The notes under the pieces were generated by a model. It saw only the letters and a program-made list of their open reading frames with translations. It ran no database searches and was not told the origin of the DNA. The position numbers and the translations under genes are program-made. This document shows, piece by piece, positions 52,717 through 63,349 of a stretch of 64,000 nt of DNA. Where the stretch lies: assembly GCA_041484665.1 (NCBI GenBank), contig JBGPIA010000005.1, forward strand, positions 179,342 through 243,341, given 5' to 3'. The first letter of the stretch is position 1. Every line of letters begins with the position of its first letter. Source of the DNA: Candidatus Krumholzibacteriia bacterium. Its GTDB lineage: Bacteria > Krumholzibacteriota > Krumholzibacteriia > JAJRXK01.

Positions 52717-54450
52717 ATGAGAAGGAGCTCATTCTGCACCCAGGGCGTACTCGTCCTCGCAGTTCTCGTGCTGACCTGGGTGGTCGGTTGCGAGAAGACG
52801 CCTGGCCCGGTCGGCGGCGCGGCCGAGCCTGCATTCTCGGCGGCGATTCCGCCGTCATCCCCCGTCCTGCACGGGGCGATCATGAGCCCCCTCGAGGGCG
52901 TAACGACCGCATGGCAGCCCGTGCGTGACGGCGACGTGATCCCGATTCCGCGCGGCGTGCCAGTGGAGTTCGGGTATCTGGACGCGGAGGGGTCGCTTAT
53001 CTCGTGGGTTGGGGCGACTGAGACGCGCAGGGATGGCGGGGCATCGTACGCGGTCTGCCCCGTGGACCAGCTGGGTGACATGCACGTGCGCGTGGACGCA
53101 ACAACCGATGGCGGCGGACAGCAGCTCGGAACGCGCACAACCCGCTTCACGGTGAGAATCGTCGACGCCGACGTGGCGGGATTCGCCGTACTCGACGCCA
53201 CAGTGACGGTGGAGCCACTTCTCGTGCGGGACAATGCCTCCAACTTCGAGACCATGCAGGCGTACTTCGGGGGCTCGATAACGATGCTAGCGGAGGTCGG
53301 GCCTGGACACTACCGCACCTCCGTACAGCGAGCCTGCCAACTGACCGCGACGGTCAGCAACCCAGGGCTCGCCCGCCTGACAGAGTGGCGCGTCGACGGC
53401 GTGCCCGTGCTCTTCGGAGGCGCCGTCACGGATGGGTTCGCCGGCGTGGGTGCCCATCATGTTTCCATCGGCCCGCCAAGCCGCGCTGTGGACCTCCAGA
53501 TTGACACGTACGACGTGACCATCAAGAAGCCCGCAGGCGTGAGCGGACCCCTGCCGGAAGGAGAGAGCTTGACGTTTGCGGCCGTCACCAGTCCGCCTGG
53601 CCTCGAAAGCCAAGTCACCTGGCTTTCGAGCACAAAGTACGGCTCGGCACTGCCCGTTCTGGGGCGGGGCCCCAGCTTCACGGTCCAGTTCGACCAGTCC
53701 TGGGGGCAGGGGGATGGAAGCGTCCAACAATGGCTGGGGGTACGCGCGGACAACGCCCTCGTCGAGCAGGACCAAGTCTTCTCGAGTATGGCTTTTGGCA
53801 GCCGGGGCGTGACGGTCACAGTGCCCACCACCAGCCTCAATGTCCCCGCCAATCTCGACGGAAACCTAGCGGTGTCCGGCATCGGAGTCGTCAATGGCTC
53901 GGTGCAAGTCACGTTTAGCGGTCCGATCGTGGTCAGCGTGGCAGTAGCCAACGACCAGACTGTGGCGAGCACTGCCGGCACGAGCGTGGACTTCCTCGTG
54001 GGCGACGCCGCGCATGTAAGCTCCGTGCGGGTGAACGGGGTCCTGACCCCGCTAACCACCCTCGTCAGTCAGTTCGCCGCGGACGCGGCAACTGGCAACA
54101 ACCCAGCGACGTGGTCTCCGCTTGGTCGGATCATGCTTGGGATGTTGGCATTGGAGATGACGCCGGAATGGCGCGCAGACGTCAGCGTCGAGCGGTCAAG
54201 CTGTCCGGTGACGGCGCACAAGGCCGAGCCCGGATTCTGGTGCCGGTTAGACGCTGCTGTCGGGTCGGCCTGCCTTCTCCTCCTCGTGGCCGGAACATGT
54301 GCCGCATTGCTGGCCCCGTGTGGGGCAGCAACCACGATCACCTTCGGCGGGGTAGTCTTCCTGTGCGTCCCACTCATTGCCGCGTGGGCCACCCTCGCCA
54401 CCGGTGGCGCCGCCGGCCTCTACGCGTACATCATATCAATCTGGTGTTGA
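52717..54450 (+). CDS. lipoprotein, conserved N-terminal region + Cys-rich hydrophobic C-terminus
   Basis: RBS ggaggt; lipobox VVGC; paralogous to 55193-56827 up to QDQV. Confidence 0.75.
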   Translation: MRRSSFCTQGVLVLAVLVLTWVVGCEKTPGPVGGAAEPAFSAAIPPSSPVLHGAIMSPLEGVTTAWQPVRDGDVIPIPRGVPVEFGYLDAEGSLISWVGATETRRDGGASYAVCPVDQLGDMHVRVDATTDGGGQQLGTRTTRFTVRIVDADVAGFAVLDATVTVEPLLVRDNASNFETMQAYFGGSITMLAEVGPGHYRTSVQRACQLTATVSNPGLARLTEWRVDGVPVLFGGAVTDGFAGVGAHHVSIGPPSRAVDLQIDTYDVTIKKPAGVSGPLPEGESLTFAAVTSPPGLESQVTWLSSTKYGSALPVLGRGPSFTVQFDQSWGQGDGSVQQWLGVRADNALVEQDQVFSSMAFGSRGVTVTVPTTSLNVPANLDGNLAVSGIGVVNGSVQVTFSGPIVVSVAVANDQTVASTAGTSVDFLVGDAAHVSSVRVNGVLTPLTTLVSQFAADAATGNNPATWSPLGRIMLGMLALEMTPEWRADVSVERSSCPVTAHKAEPGFWCRLDAAVGSACLLLLVAGTCAALLAPCGAATTITFGGVVFLCVPLIAAWATLATGGAAGLYAYIISIWC

Positions 54451-54639
54451 AGCAGACCTGAGGGCGAGACAAGCGCAAGGGAACATCTGGCAAGACGGTC
54501 GGAAACGGTCCGATGGGAGAGGCCTGGTAGAGGCGGAGATGACTGACGTGTGCCGCGCCGACCGAGAGGCGTGCCGACGCGGCATCTGCCGGAGCCGCAT
54601 GGGCGGGGGTCAGGTGGACATGAAGGTGGGCGGTGGGGG

Positions 54640-54740
54640 ACGGTGGCCGCCCTGGAGACCTTCGGCAGCCACGCCGCCAACTTCCACCCGCACATACACG
54701 CCATCGTACCCGACGGGGGCGGCGCCCCGGACGTCCGCTT
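54640..54740 (+). mobile_element. IS91-family (HUH) transposase remnant
   Basis: ETFGSHAANFHPHIHAIVPDGG HUH motif; rest of gene absent. Confidence 0.65.
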
Positions 54741-55192
54741 CGAAGGGCCATCGATGCGGAGCTCCGCGTCCCCGACGCGATGAACACGCCAGCGGCAGCA
54801 AGCGCGCGCACACGACACCACGACGCAGCAGCGCGACGCTGACGCGCAGGGGCGCACGGCGGCGTTGCCCCCGCGGTCGCAGCACCCCGATCAGCGCCTC
54901 GACGGCCGGGTGGGAGTACGCGATCGGCTGCGCCTCACGATTCGTGGGGGGAACTCGTCGGTGGTTTGCGTCTCTACAGGTACGCAGCCGGACGGACCGC
55001 CCACGCCCGGCGCGGATGTTCGGCGACGCTCACGCCCTGCCGGCCGCGCATGTCGTGCGTGACGGGCCTGCCGTGCACCCAAGGGTACTGCTCCAGACCC
55101 GGCCACGACTGGGGGCGTCCGCGCGCCTCACCCACCCCCCGGCGCCCGCCCCGGCACGCACGCCGCGGTCAGCGGTCAAGGAGGACCCTACC

Positions 55193-56827
55193 ATGCCGCG
55201 TCCCACCCACGACGTCACGCACCGGCAACCCCGGCAAACGTGCACACTCCCGCTACTCGCGCTGCTCGTCCTCGCGGGCTGCGCGCATGACCTACCAACC
55301 ACGCCCGCGCGCAGCACCCCCACCGACTCTCAGACCAGCGAGGCCTCGACGCTCCTGGGACTCCAAATCGGACCCCTCGAAGGACTCACCCAGGCATGGC
55401 ACACGATCACCCCAGCAACCCCCCTGCTCATCCCGCGGGGTACGACCCTGCAGCTGCGCTGCGACGCTGACGCGAACGCACGCACGCAGTGGACCGGCGC
55501 GGACGAGACCCAGCGCGACGCGACGACCACCTGGGCGTCAGCACGCATCGGAACCGGCGTGCACAACATTCTACTCCGCATCACCCAACCCGACGCGGAA
55601 CCCCGGGTGTACCGGTGCGTGATAAAAGGAGTCGCCCCAACCACCATCCCCAGCCTGCGCGAAGCCACCCTCACCCCCGCACCCCTCGCCGTCAGCCCGG
55701 AAAGCGAGTCCAGCCAGGATATGCGCTCCTTTTTCGCCGGCTCAAACGCCGTCCTACAAAGCGGCGCTGACGGCACGTACGAGACGTCCGTGGCACGCGG
55801 CCTGGACGTACATGCCACCAGCGACACGCCGGCGTACGACGCGCTCATCGAATGGTCCCTCGACGGCACACCCCGCGCGCTCGGGTCGTCGACACGCATC
55901 ACGCTTGACACGCCGGGACGCCACCACCTCACCGCGCGCCTCGCACGCAGTGAGCGGGACCTCCTGGTCGACGCGTACACCGTGCGGATCCTGCGTGAGG
56001 GTGACCGCGCACGCCCCATCCAAGACGGCGTGGTCGCCACGTTCTACGCCGTCACAGACCCCCCCGGACACGAGCACGACGTCACCTGGCGAGCCGACAC
56101 GGCCGCCGGCACGGTCCTACCCCAAGTCGCAGAGCCCGGCCGCTTCAGCGTGGTCTTCGAGGACACGTGGACCACGCGGCCCGACGGGCAGCGATTCCAG
56201 TGGGTCGGCGTACGCGGGGACAATGCGATCGTCGTGCAGGACCAAGTCGACCCCGTCGTGTACGGCGTCGAGCAAGTAGGCGGAGAGTGGTGGGCGTACA
56301 TCCGCACGCGCAGCGGCCAACCACTCATCGCGGCCCCCTTCGACTACACCACCGCGGTCATGGACACGTCACGCACCACCATCCTGGGGTACGACGAAGC
56401 AGGACTCACCAGCCTCGAGAACACGCCCAACACCGCACAAATCGCCCTGCTGCAAAGCACACCCGCACAGGTCGGAGCATTCCTGTGGCAGGACGGCTTC
56501 CCGAACTTCCCCGGCTCGGACGCGCAACGCGCCATCCTCAGCCGCCTCTCCCAGATCCTCATGTACATCGTCCACGCAGCGGTGCAATTCATCCTGGGCA
56601 CGACCTGGACGCCGGACGGGTGCACGAACGCCCCGGACTTCAACTTCAAGGACTGCTGCGACGACCACGACCACTGCTACTGCACGGGCGGCAACGAAGC
56701 AGCACGCAAACTCTGCGACCAGAAACTCCGCGACTGGATAAAAATGCGCGGCCACCCCATACTCGCACGCATCTACTACTGGGCCGTACGCGCATTCGGC
56801 AAAAGCCACTTCAACTACACAAGCTAG
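55193..56827 (+). CDS. lipoprotein, conserved N-terminal region + phospholipase A2-like C-terminus
   Basis: RBS aaggagga; lipobox LAGC; DGC..CCDDHDHCY..GG..R..CD..YYWAVRAFG. Confidence 0.78.
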   Translation: MPRPTHDVTHRQPRQTCTLPLLALLVLAGCAHDLPTTPARSTPTDSQTSEASTLLGLQIGPLEGLTQAWHTITPATPLLIPRGTTLQLRCDADANARTQWTGADETQRDATTTWASARIGTGVHNILLRITQPDAEPRVYRCVIKGVAPTTIPSLREATLTPAPLAVSPESESSQDMRSFFAGSNAVLQSGADGTYETSVARGLDVHATSDTPAYDALIEWSLDGTPRALGSSTRITLDTPGRHHLTARLARSERDLLVDAYTVRILREGDRARPIQDGVVATFYAVTDPPGHEHDVTWRADTAAGTVLPQVAEPGRFSVVFEDTWTTRPDGQRFQWVGVRGDNAIVVQDQVDPVVYGVEQVGGEWWAYIRTRSGQPLIAAPFDYTTAVMDTSRTTILGYDEAGLTSLENTPNTAQIALLQSTPAQVGAFLWQDGFPNFPGSDAQRAILSRLSQILMYIVHAAVQFILGTTWTPDGCTNAPDFNFKDCCDDHDHCYCTGGNEAARKLCDQKLRDWIKMRGHPILARIYYWAVRAFGKSHFNYTS

Positions 56828-57029
56828 GAAACAACACGCACGGACACGCGTGAACGCAGAACACGGCAAACCAGCCACCGGCGCCCCGGAGTGCCGCAGC
56901 AGCCGCCCGCCGCGCCGCGGCGTCCGGTGCCTGCCCAGAATCAAGCCGCCGCCCGCCCGGCCGCGCGGTCCGCCGCCGCGCATCCCGTTGTCCCTGGGCA
57001 TGGGTCCCCCAACCTACCGGCCGAAGCTG

Positions 57030-57325
57030 ACCTCGACCCCTCGGTGGGCAGCGTTGAGGACTCCTACGACAACGCGCTGGCGGAAACGATCATCGGGCTG
57101 TTCAAGACGCAGCTCATCCAGCATCAGGGCCCGTGGCGGCACGCCGAGCAGCTCGAGTTGGCCACGCTGCGCTGGGTGGGCTGGCACAACAACGCCCGCT
57201 CGCTCGAGCCCCTGGGCTACGTGCCACCGGCGGAGTTCGAGCAGGAGTACTATCGCAGGCAGGAAGCTCTGGCCACGGGGGCCGGAGTCAGACAAACGAA
57301 TCTCCGACGAACACGGGGCGATTCG
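57030..57325 (+). mobile_element. IS3-family transposase C-terminal remnant with degenerate right end
   Basis: SVGSV.DSYDNALAETIIGLFK..GPW..ELATLRWV.W.N..LGYVPPAEFE followed by tctccgacgaacacggggcgattc. Confidence 0.85.
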
Positions 57326-57327
57326 CT

Positions 57328-58047
57328 ATGCGCGTTCGCACAGCAATCAGTGCTTCCGCCGCCCTTCTCGCACTTATTGTAGCTGCGAACATCTGGGGCG
57401 TGATGGAGCACCTGGTCGACACCCTCTGGAATGCGCTGCTGCGCCTCCTCGAGCATGTCTCCTGGACGGTAGTGGTCCTCATCACCGTCTGGTTGCTCCG
57501 CAAGCAGCTGGCTGAGCTCATCGTCAGTATCGCGCACAAGGTGGGAAAGCTCGCGGGGTTTGGGAGCAACCAGTTCTCAGCCTCGTTCTGGCCCGAGCAA
57601 GGCCCCGCAGGCCCCCCGCCCGGCGGGGAAGCCGTGCCGCGGCGGCCTCGCAGACCGAGCCCGAAGGCGCCAGCCCAAATCGCATTCCCAGCAGAGGTCC
57701 AAGCAGCGATGGACGCGGAGGTCGCCCAACTTGGGATCGCCCCCACGGCTCTGGGAACAGAGGCGGTCGAGCTTCTTTCCACCTTGCTCATCCACGAGGA
57801 GGAGCATGGCCTGGGCTGGCCGGGCACGTGGGGCATGAACATCACCGGGCCCTCCGAGGTGCGAGAACGATTCGACCGTGGCGTTCGTGAGACACTCCAG
57901 CGCGACCTCGTGGTGCGATTCCACGACGATGCGGGCCGCCCGATGATCGGGCTAAGCTTCACGGGACGCGCGTTCTGCCGGCACTTCAGAGCGGCACTCT
58001 CCGGCGACCTCTGGGAAGAAGCACGACAAGCACAGATGCAGCAGTAG
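57328..58047 (+). CDS. hypothetical membrane-anchored protein
   Basis: N-terminal hydrophobic helices (VSWTVVVLITVWLLRKQL) plus a soluble domain; start may be MEHLVD. Confidence 0.5.
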   Translation: MRVRTAISASAALLALIVAANIWGVMEHLVDTLWNALLRLLEHVSWTVVVLITVWLLRKQLAELIVSIAHKVGKLAGFGSNQFSASFWPEQGPAGPPPGGEAVPRRPRRPSPKAPAQIAFPAEVQAAMDAEVAQLGIAPTALGTEAVELLSTLLIHEEEHGLGWPGTWGMNITGPSEVRERFDRGVRETLQRDLVVRFHDDAGRPMIGLSFTGRAFCRHFRAALSGDLWEEARQAQMQQ

Positions 58048-58348
58048 CGAGATAAGGCAAACGAGAGAAATCGGCGCACCTTCACGGAAGAGGCCGGCGT
58101 CACGATCAAGCCGATGAGCCCCGCCGGAGAATTTCGGACCCAGCACATCACCGACCAAGAGCACGAGAGCGGGAGATAGGGCCCGATGCCCCCGGCGACA
58201 TGACGAGCCGATCAGCCAGCGCGGACTCCAACGCACCGGGGGGCATGGCCATGCCTGACCTCGCGATCTCAGTATTCCGAAACACGCACCATCACCGATC
58301 CCTGCCGCAACTGTAGGTTCGCCAAAGTGACGTAGGAACAGGTTGCCG

Positions 58349-60115
58349 ATGGGTACTGCAAGGCATCATCTCGTCGCAGCCGTACTGATCTGGGGCGCCA
58401 CGGGCGGCTTACTTCCCAACCCCGCGCGCGCGGAAGCGAGAGGAGCACCCTGGCCCTCCGCGCAGGCCCTCGCTGGCACATGGCGCGTCGCAGCAACCGG
58501 CGACCTCGTATTCCCCGCTGACGCCTGGCACCTTCGCATTGGATAGCGATGCGAAGGTGACTCCCTGAAAGGCGACGCTGTGATCCTCGCCAGCGGTTTT
58601 CGCTTCACCACGATCGCCCTGGGCTACGACGCCGCGGCACACGTATGGCGCGGCCCTTGGAGTCCGTTCGGTGGCGTCCGGGTCTGCTTCGACAGTCTGG
58701 GAAGCTCCGCGGTGGGACGCCACATCTACGCGACCCGGTGGGACACCCTGCAGGTCTTCAGCCCGATGGTGTGGTCGCGCGTGAGTGACGCGCCGGCGAT
58801 CAACGAGCTCTTGACGAGTGGCGCGGCCTTGGAAGCGATGCAACGCGGTGAGCCGCTCCTCTACAAGGACATTCAAGGGACCATCAATGCCGGCAGCATG
58901 AAGTTCTCACACAGAGTCGTGGTTCTGGACAGTCGATTCGAGGGTGCCGTCAATTTTACGCAAGCTCAGTTTCTTCAAGGCGCAGATTTCGGCCGCACCG
59001 AATTCAAAGACATCGCCACTTTTGTCTGGGCGAGATTCCTACGTAATTGCAGCTTTGCAGGCGCCCGGTTCAGGAACCAAGCCCTGTTCAGCTACGCGCA
59101 ATTCGCTGCGACGAACCCGAATCACGATGGCGTATTCCTTCTGAATGGCGCGCAGTTTGCAGATGTTGCCGACTTCCGTGCGTGCAAGTTCGAGGGTACC
59201 ACATGCTTTGGAGCTGGTGACTTTGTACGCGGTGCGTCGTATTTCAATTCCAGCCATCAGGTTCTCGACTTTACATGCGCGCGATTCCACGGAGAGCTCG
59301 ACCTGTCTGGGCTGGTTGGTACGGCATTGCGTCTCGGAGGCTTGCGTGGCGAGGACGTGCTCGTGACGCGCGCCCATGAGCGAAGCGTATCGTTCCTGCC
59401 GCACCTGCCGACGAGTGCCGATGCCCCGGTCTCAGCGACTGAGCCCACGCGAATTCACGGAGTGGTCAGCCTGCGCGCGGCGGCCGTAGACACGCTTGTG
59501 TTGGAGGAGGTGACGATCGATGGTGATTTGTTGCTCGAAGACGCCAACGTACAGAAGCTAAGCATGTTCCGCACGCATGCAGGCGCCTGCCGCATGGATG
59601 GAATCCGACTGCAGGAGACGTTGAGCATGGACGCGCTGAGTGCACAGGGAGTCGTGGGGAGCGTGGCCGAAATCCTGCCGATGGGCGCGAGCCGCAGCGG
59701 GTTGGACTCGCGGACGCTCGCTGCCCTGGCCGAGCCGATGAGGGCCCAGGGGCGTCCCCGAGATATGAACGATCTACTCCTTGGGGCCAACTGGAAAGAG
59801 GGCCGGGAGCTCTGGGCGCGTCGCGATGTGCCCGGGTTAGCGGAGTGGATGGGTTTGCTGATGGTGGGATTTGGCCGAAGCGCCACGCTTGTACTGCTCA
59901 TGCAGGGCTTAGCGGTAGTCGCTTTCGCCGGAGCGTTTTGGGTCGGGGGGAGCCGAACAACGGCGTGGAATGCCATGGTCCGGCGGCCCAGAAACACGGA
60001 AATCACCTTCTGGTGTGTTGCCGCTCACGACCAACCGCCGAATTCTGGACATCTCGCCGTGGGTGCTGAGTGCAGCGCTGCTTTCATTCCCCGTTCCGTT
60101 CCGGCGTTAGCATAG
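58349..60115 (+). pseudogene. pentapeptide-repeat protein with in-frame TAG, C-terminus probably cut by the IS21-like element
   Basis: ORFs 58343-58546 and 58580-60115 share one frame, separated by TAG; F.GA.F/A.F repeats; TM helices then abrupt change near 60010. Confidence 0.65.
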
Positions 60116-61085
60116 AAGTGGGTACGGGTATCATGGGGCGCAGTGCGAAGCCTCCGTCGCGGCGCTCGATGCGGCGCTCGGCGCGCAGGCGCGCCAGCGC
60201 CTCGCCGAGCGTTGCGTTACGCGTGCGCGTTATCTGTCGCAGGGCGTCGCGGCCGAGCGGCGCGGCGGCAGCCTCCAGGGCGGCGAGGATGCGGTCAGCG
60301 AGCGCCGTGGTCGTGGGTTCAGGCAGGGTGTCGGTCGGCACGACGCGCAGGTGCGGCGCGGGCTCGCCCGCCAGTTCCAGGACGGCGGGTGGCGGTGCGG
60401 GTGCGCTGCGGTGTTCGGCGGAGAGGATGAGCTGCCGTTCACGCCTGCGCAGAAAGAGGTTGCTGTCCCCCCAGGCGTGCAGATCGCCGGAGCCGCGCAG
60501 CGCACGGCCATCCGCGGGCCCGCCCTGCTTGCGCAGGTGGTGCACCAGGATCAGTGCCAGCCCGTAGTTGCGCTGCAGCAGCCGCAGCTCGGCCAAGAGC
60601 GCCGACATGTCACCCGCCGAGTTCTCGTCGATGCGATGGAGCCGCACCAGCGGATCCAGGACCACCAGCCGCGGACGGTGGCGTTGCACGGTTGCTTCCA
60701 GCCGCGCCCGATCGCGCTCGGTGTCCAGACGCAAGCTCGGGCAGAGGATCAAGCCCACGTCGAGGCCGGCCAGCGCAATGCCCCGCGCTCGGGCGATGGC
60801 CTCGATGCGCGCACGCAGCGCGGCCGGCGCGTCCTCGGCGCCGTAGAAGAGCACGGCCCCGGGGTCGGCCACGCCGAAGCGGCCCAGGGCCGGCGTACCG
60901 CTGGCGACGCTGACCGCCAGATCCAGCGCCAGCCACGTCTTGCCGCACTTGGGCGCGCCGCCGATCAGCCCCACCCCCTGCCGGCTCCACAGACCCTCGA
61001 CCAGCCAGGGGCGCGCCCCAGGCTCGGCGGGCACCGCATGGGCCAAGACCACCGTCAATAGCTCAGCTTGCAGCGCGGGCGCCAC
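60084..61085 (-). CDS. AAA_25/RecA-like ATPase with C-terminal HTH
   Basis: WLVEGL, GAPKCGKT, AED, LVVLDP, LVHHLRK, LRGSG. Confidence 0.85.
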   Translation of the reverse strand: MAPALQAELLTVVLAHAVPAEPGARPWLVEGLWSRQGVGLIGGAPKCGKTWLALDLAVSVASGTPALGRFGVADPGAVLFYGAEDAPAALRARIEAIARARGIALAGLDVGLILCPSLRLDTERDRARLEATVQRHRPRLVVLDPLVRLHRIDENSAGDMSALLAELRLLQRNYGLALILVHHLRKQGGPADGRALRGSGDLHAWGDSNLFLRRRERQLILSAEHRSAPAPPPAVLELAGEPAPHLRVVPTDTLPEPTTTALADRILAALEAAAAPLGRDALRQITRTRNATLGEALARLRAERRIERRDGGFALRPMIPVPTSMLTPERNGE

Positions 61086-61860
61086 GGCCGCGGGCCTTCT
61101 GCGCGAGCTCGGCCTCGCGCTTGCGGTAGCTGTCTCCCTCGATGCGCAGGATCTCCGCGTGGTGCGTCAGGCGATCGATCAGCGCCGTGGCACAGGCGGC
61201 GTTGGGGAAGACGGTGTTCCAGTCGGCAAACGCCAGATTGGTCGTCAGCACGATCGCCCGCCGCTCGTAGCGGCGCGAGACGATCTGGAAGAGCAGGTCG
61301 GCCGCGTGGTTGTCATAGGACAAGTACCCGACCTCATCGATGCACAAGAGCGCGGGCTGGGCGTAGTGGCGCAGTCTGCGCTCCAAAGCGCGCGCGGTTT
61401 CCTGCTTGGCCAAATCCAGCAGCAGGTCGGAGGCGGTGGTGAAGATGGCGTTCGCGCCGCCCAGCACCGCGGCATGGGCGAGATTCTTGGCGATCATCGT
61501 CTTGCCCAGGCCCTGGGAGGCCACCAGCACGACATTCTCGCCGCGCTCGAGGAAGCCCAGGCCCAAGGCCCGCTCCATCGCCGCCCGATCGATCTTGCGC
61601 GGCCACTCCCAGTCGAAATCGGCCATCGGCTTGAAGCGTCCCAGATGCGCCCGGCGCAGGCGACGCTCCACGCCCTTGCGGGCGCGCTCCTGTTGCTCCA
61701 GCCGCGCCAGCTCCTCCAAGAGCTGCCGCGGCGAGTAGCGGCTGCGGCTGGCCCGCGCCAGGAAGTCATCGAGCTCGTCGGCCACCAGCCACAGGCCCAG
61801 CGCGCGCAGCGCCTCCGGCAGGTCAGGCGTCGGGGTCGTCGTCGCGTTCTCCGAGGGCAT
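61063..61860 (-). CDS. istB: IS21 helper ATPase
   Basis: [42 protein letters not shown]. Confidence 0.93.
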   Translation of the reverse strand: MPSENATTTPTPDLPEALRALGLWLVADELDDFLARASRSRYSPRQLLEELARLEQQERARKGVERRLRRAHLGRFKPMADFDWEWPRKIDRAAMERALGLGFLERGENVVLVASQGLGKTMIAKNLAHAAVLGGANAIFTTASDLLLDLAKQETARALERRLRHYAQPALLCIDEVGYLSYDNHAADLLFQIVSRRYERRAIVLTTNLAFADWNTVFPNAACATALIDRLTHHAEILRIEGDSYRKREAELAQKARGRGARAAS

Positions 61861-63322
61861 CGTAATCCTCCAGTCGGTGGGGGGTGATGCGCAGGTCGCG
61901 GATGCGCGGATCCGCCGGGAGATCCACCTGCACGGGCGGCGGCAGCCCCCGTGCACGCCGGCGCTGCTCCAGCAAGTGAGCGATCGAGCCGCTGGAGGCT
62001 GCCCCGCGCTCCAGCGCCAGGCGCGTCGCCTCGCACAGCTCGTCCACTCCGTAGTCGTCCAACAGCCGCAGCAAGCGGCTGGTGTGGAAGCCCAGGTTGT
62101 CCCCGCGCAGCGCCAGGACCTCAAACAACGCGTCGGTCTGGGGCACGCACGCGCGCAGGCGGTCGCGCCCCTTCAGCTCGCGCGCGTTACGCTTCCATTG
62201 CACCAAGGCTTCGATGTGGGAAGCGTCCTCGATGCAGGCGCCACGGTCGTAGCAGCGCACGTGGCGCGCCACCTCCCGCTCGCCGTCGAGGACGCGCACC
62301 AGCGCGACTCCGGCCACCAAGGTCAGCGGCTTGCGCACCAGCGTGTGGGGGATGGAGTAGAGATTGCGGTCGAACCGCACGTAGGGCGTCTTGCCGCTGC
62401 GCACCACCCGCTGCAGATCCGTCTCCAACGGATGCGCAGGCAAGGGCAGCAGGTAGGCCCGCTCCCGCTGCAGCGCCTCGCCGACGGTGAGGTCCGCCTC
62501 GCCCGGGACGCGCCGCTGGTGCGCCACTTCGTCGCGCCAGCGCCGGAATTGGGCATTGAGATCATCGACATCCCGGAAGGGCCGCGCCGCGAAGAAGCTC
62601 GTCCGTAGGTACTGGATTTGGCGCTCCACGCGTCCCTTCTCATTCCCGCGGGCCACCGCCACCGGGCGCGGAGCAAAGTGGTAGTGTGCGCACAGCTCCA
62701 GCAGCCGCGGATGGAAATGGATCGCCTCACCGCGCCGCTCCAGCACCGCGCTCTTGAGGTTGTCATAGAGCAAAACCCTCGGGACCCCCTGAAACGTCGC
62801 GAAGGCCTCCAGGTGTCCGCGCAGAAAGCTCTCCAGCGTCTGGTCCAACGTGAAGACCGCGTGCAGCGCCCGCGACCAGCTCAGCACCATCACGAAGCAC
62901 GACAGCAGCCGCTGGGCACGCCCCACCTCCACGGCGCCGAAGCTCCCCCAGTCCACTTGTCCCTGCTCGCCGGGCATCACCGTCAGTCGCAGATAGGCCT
63001 CCGCCTGCGGCGCCGGCCGCTCGCGCGCCACCGCCCGGCGCAGCTGCACCACCGAGGCCGTGTAGCCCCGGGCCCGCAGCATCTCGTACAGCCGTGTCGC
63101 CCGCAGCCGCGGGTACTGCCGCAGCGTCTCGCGGAGGAAGGGCAGATAGGGATCCACCGCGCTGGAGCGCGGGCGTGCCAGGTAGCCCAGAAACCGCTCC
63201 GCCTCGATCGCCCGCAGCACCGTGTCCCGATGCACGCCCAACGCCGCCGCGATCGTCCCCACCTTCCAGTGCTCGGCGTAGTACAGCCGCCGGATCTCCG
63301 CCCGCTGCTCCGCTGAGATCAT
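61823..63322 (-). CDS. istA: IS21 DDE transposase
   Basis: N-terminal [38 protein letters not shown]. Confidence 0.93.
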   Translation of the reverse strand: MISAEQRAEIRRLYYAEHWKVGTIAAALGVHRDTVLRAIEAERFLGYLARPRSSAVDPYLPFLRETLRQYPRLRATRLYEMLRARGYTASVVQLRRAVARERPAPQAEAYLRLTVMPGEQGQVDWGSFGAVEVGRAQRLLSCFVMVLSWSRALHAVFTLDQTLESFLRGHLEAFATFQGVPRVLLYDNLKSAVLERRGEAIHFHPRLLELCAHYHFAPRPVAVARGNEKGRVERQIQYLRTSFFAARPFRDVDDLNAQFRRWRDEVAHQRRVPGEADLTVGEALQRERAYLLPLPAHPLETDLQRVVRSGKTPYVRFDRNLYSIPHTLVRKPLTLVAGVALVRVLDGEREVARHVRCYDRGACIEDASHIEALVQWKRNARELKGRDRLRACVPQTDALFEVLALRGDNLGFHTSRLLRLLDDYGVDELCEATRLALERGAASSGSIAHLLEQRRRARGLPPPVQVDLPADPRIRDLRITPHRLEDYDALGERDDDPDA

Positions 63323-63349
63323 CGCCGCACCTCGCAGGTGCACCACCGC

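Noticed and set aside
12521..58546. Amber recoding or pyrrolysine suggested by two in-frame TAGs
   Set aside because: TAG is the normal stop of purA, the second thiolase, the Usp and others here; no pyl genes in the window; both affected genes have other lesions.
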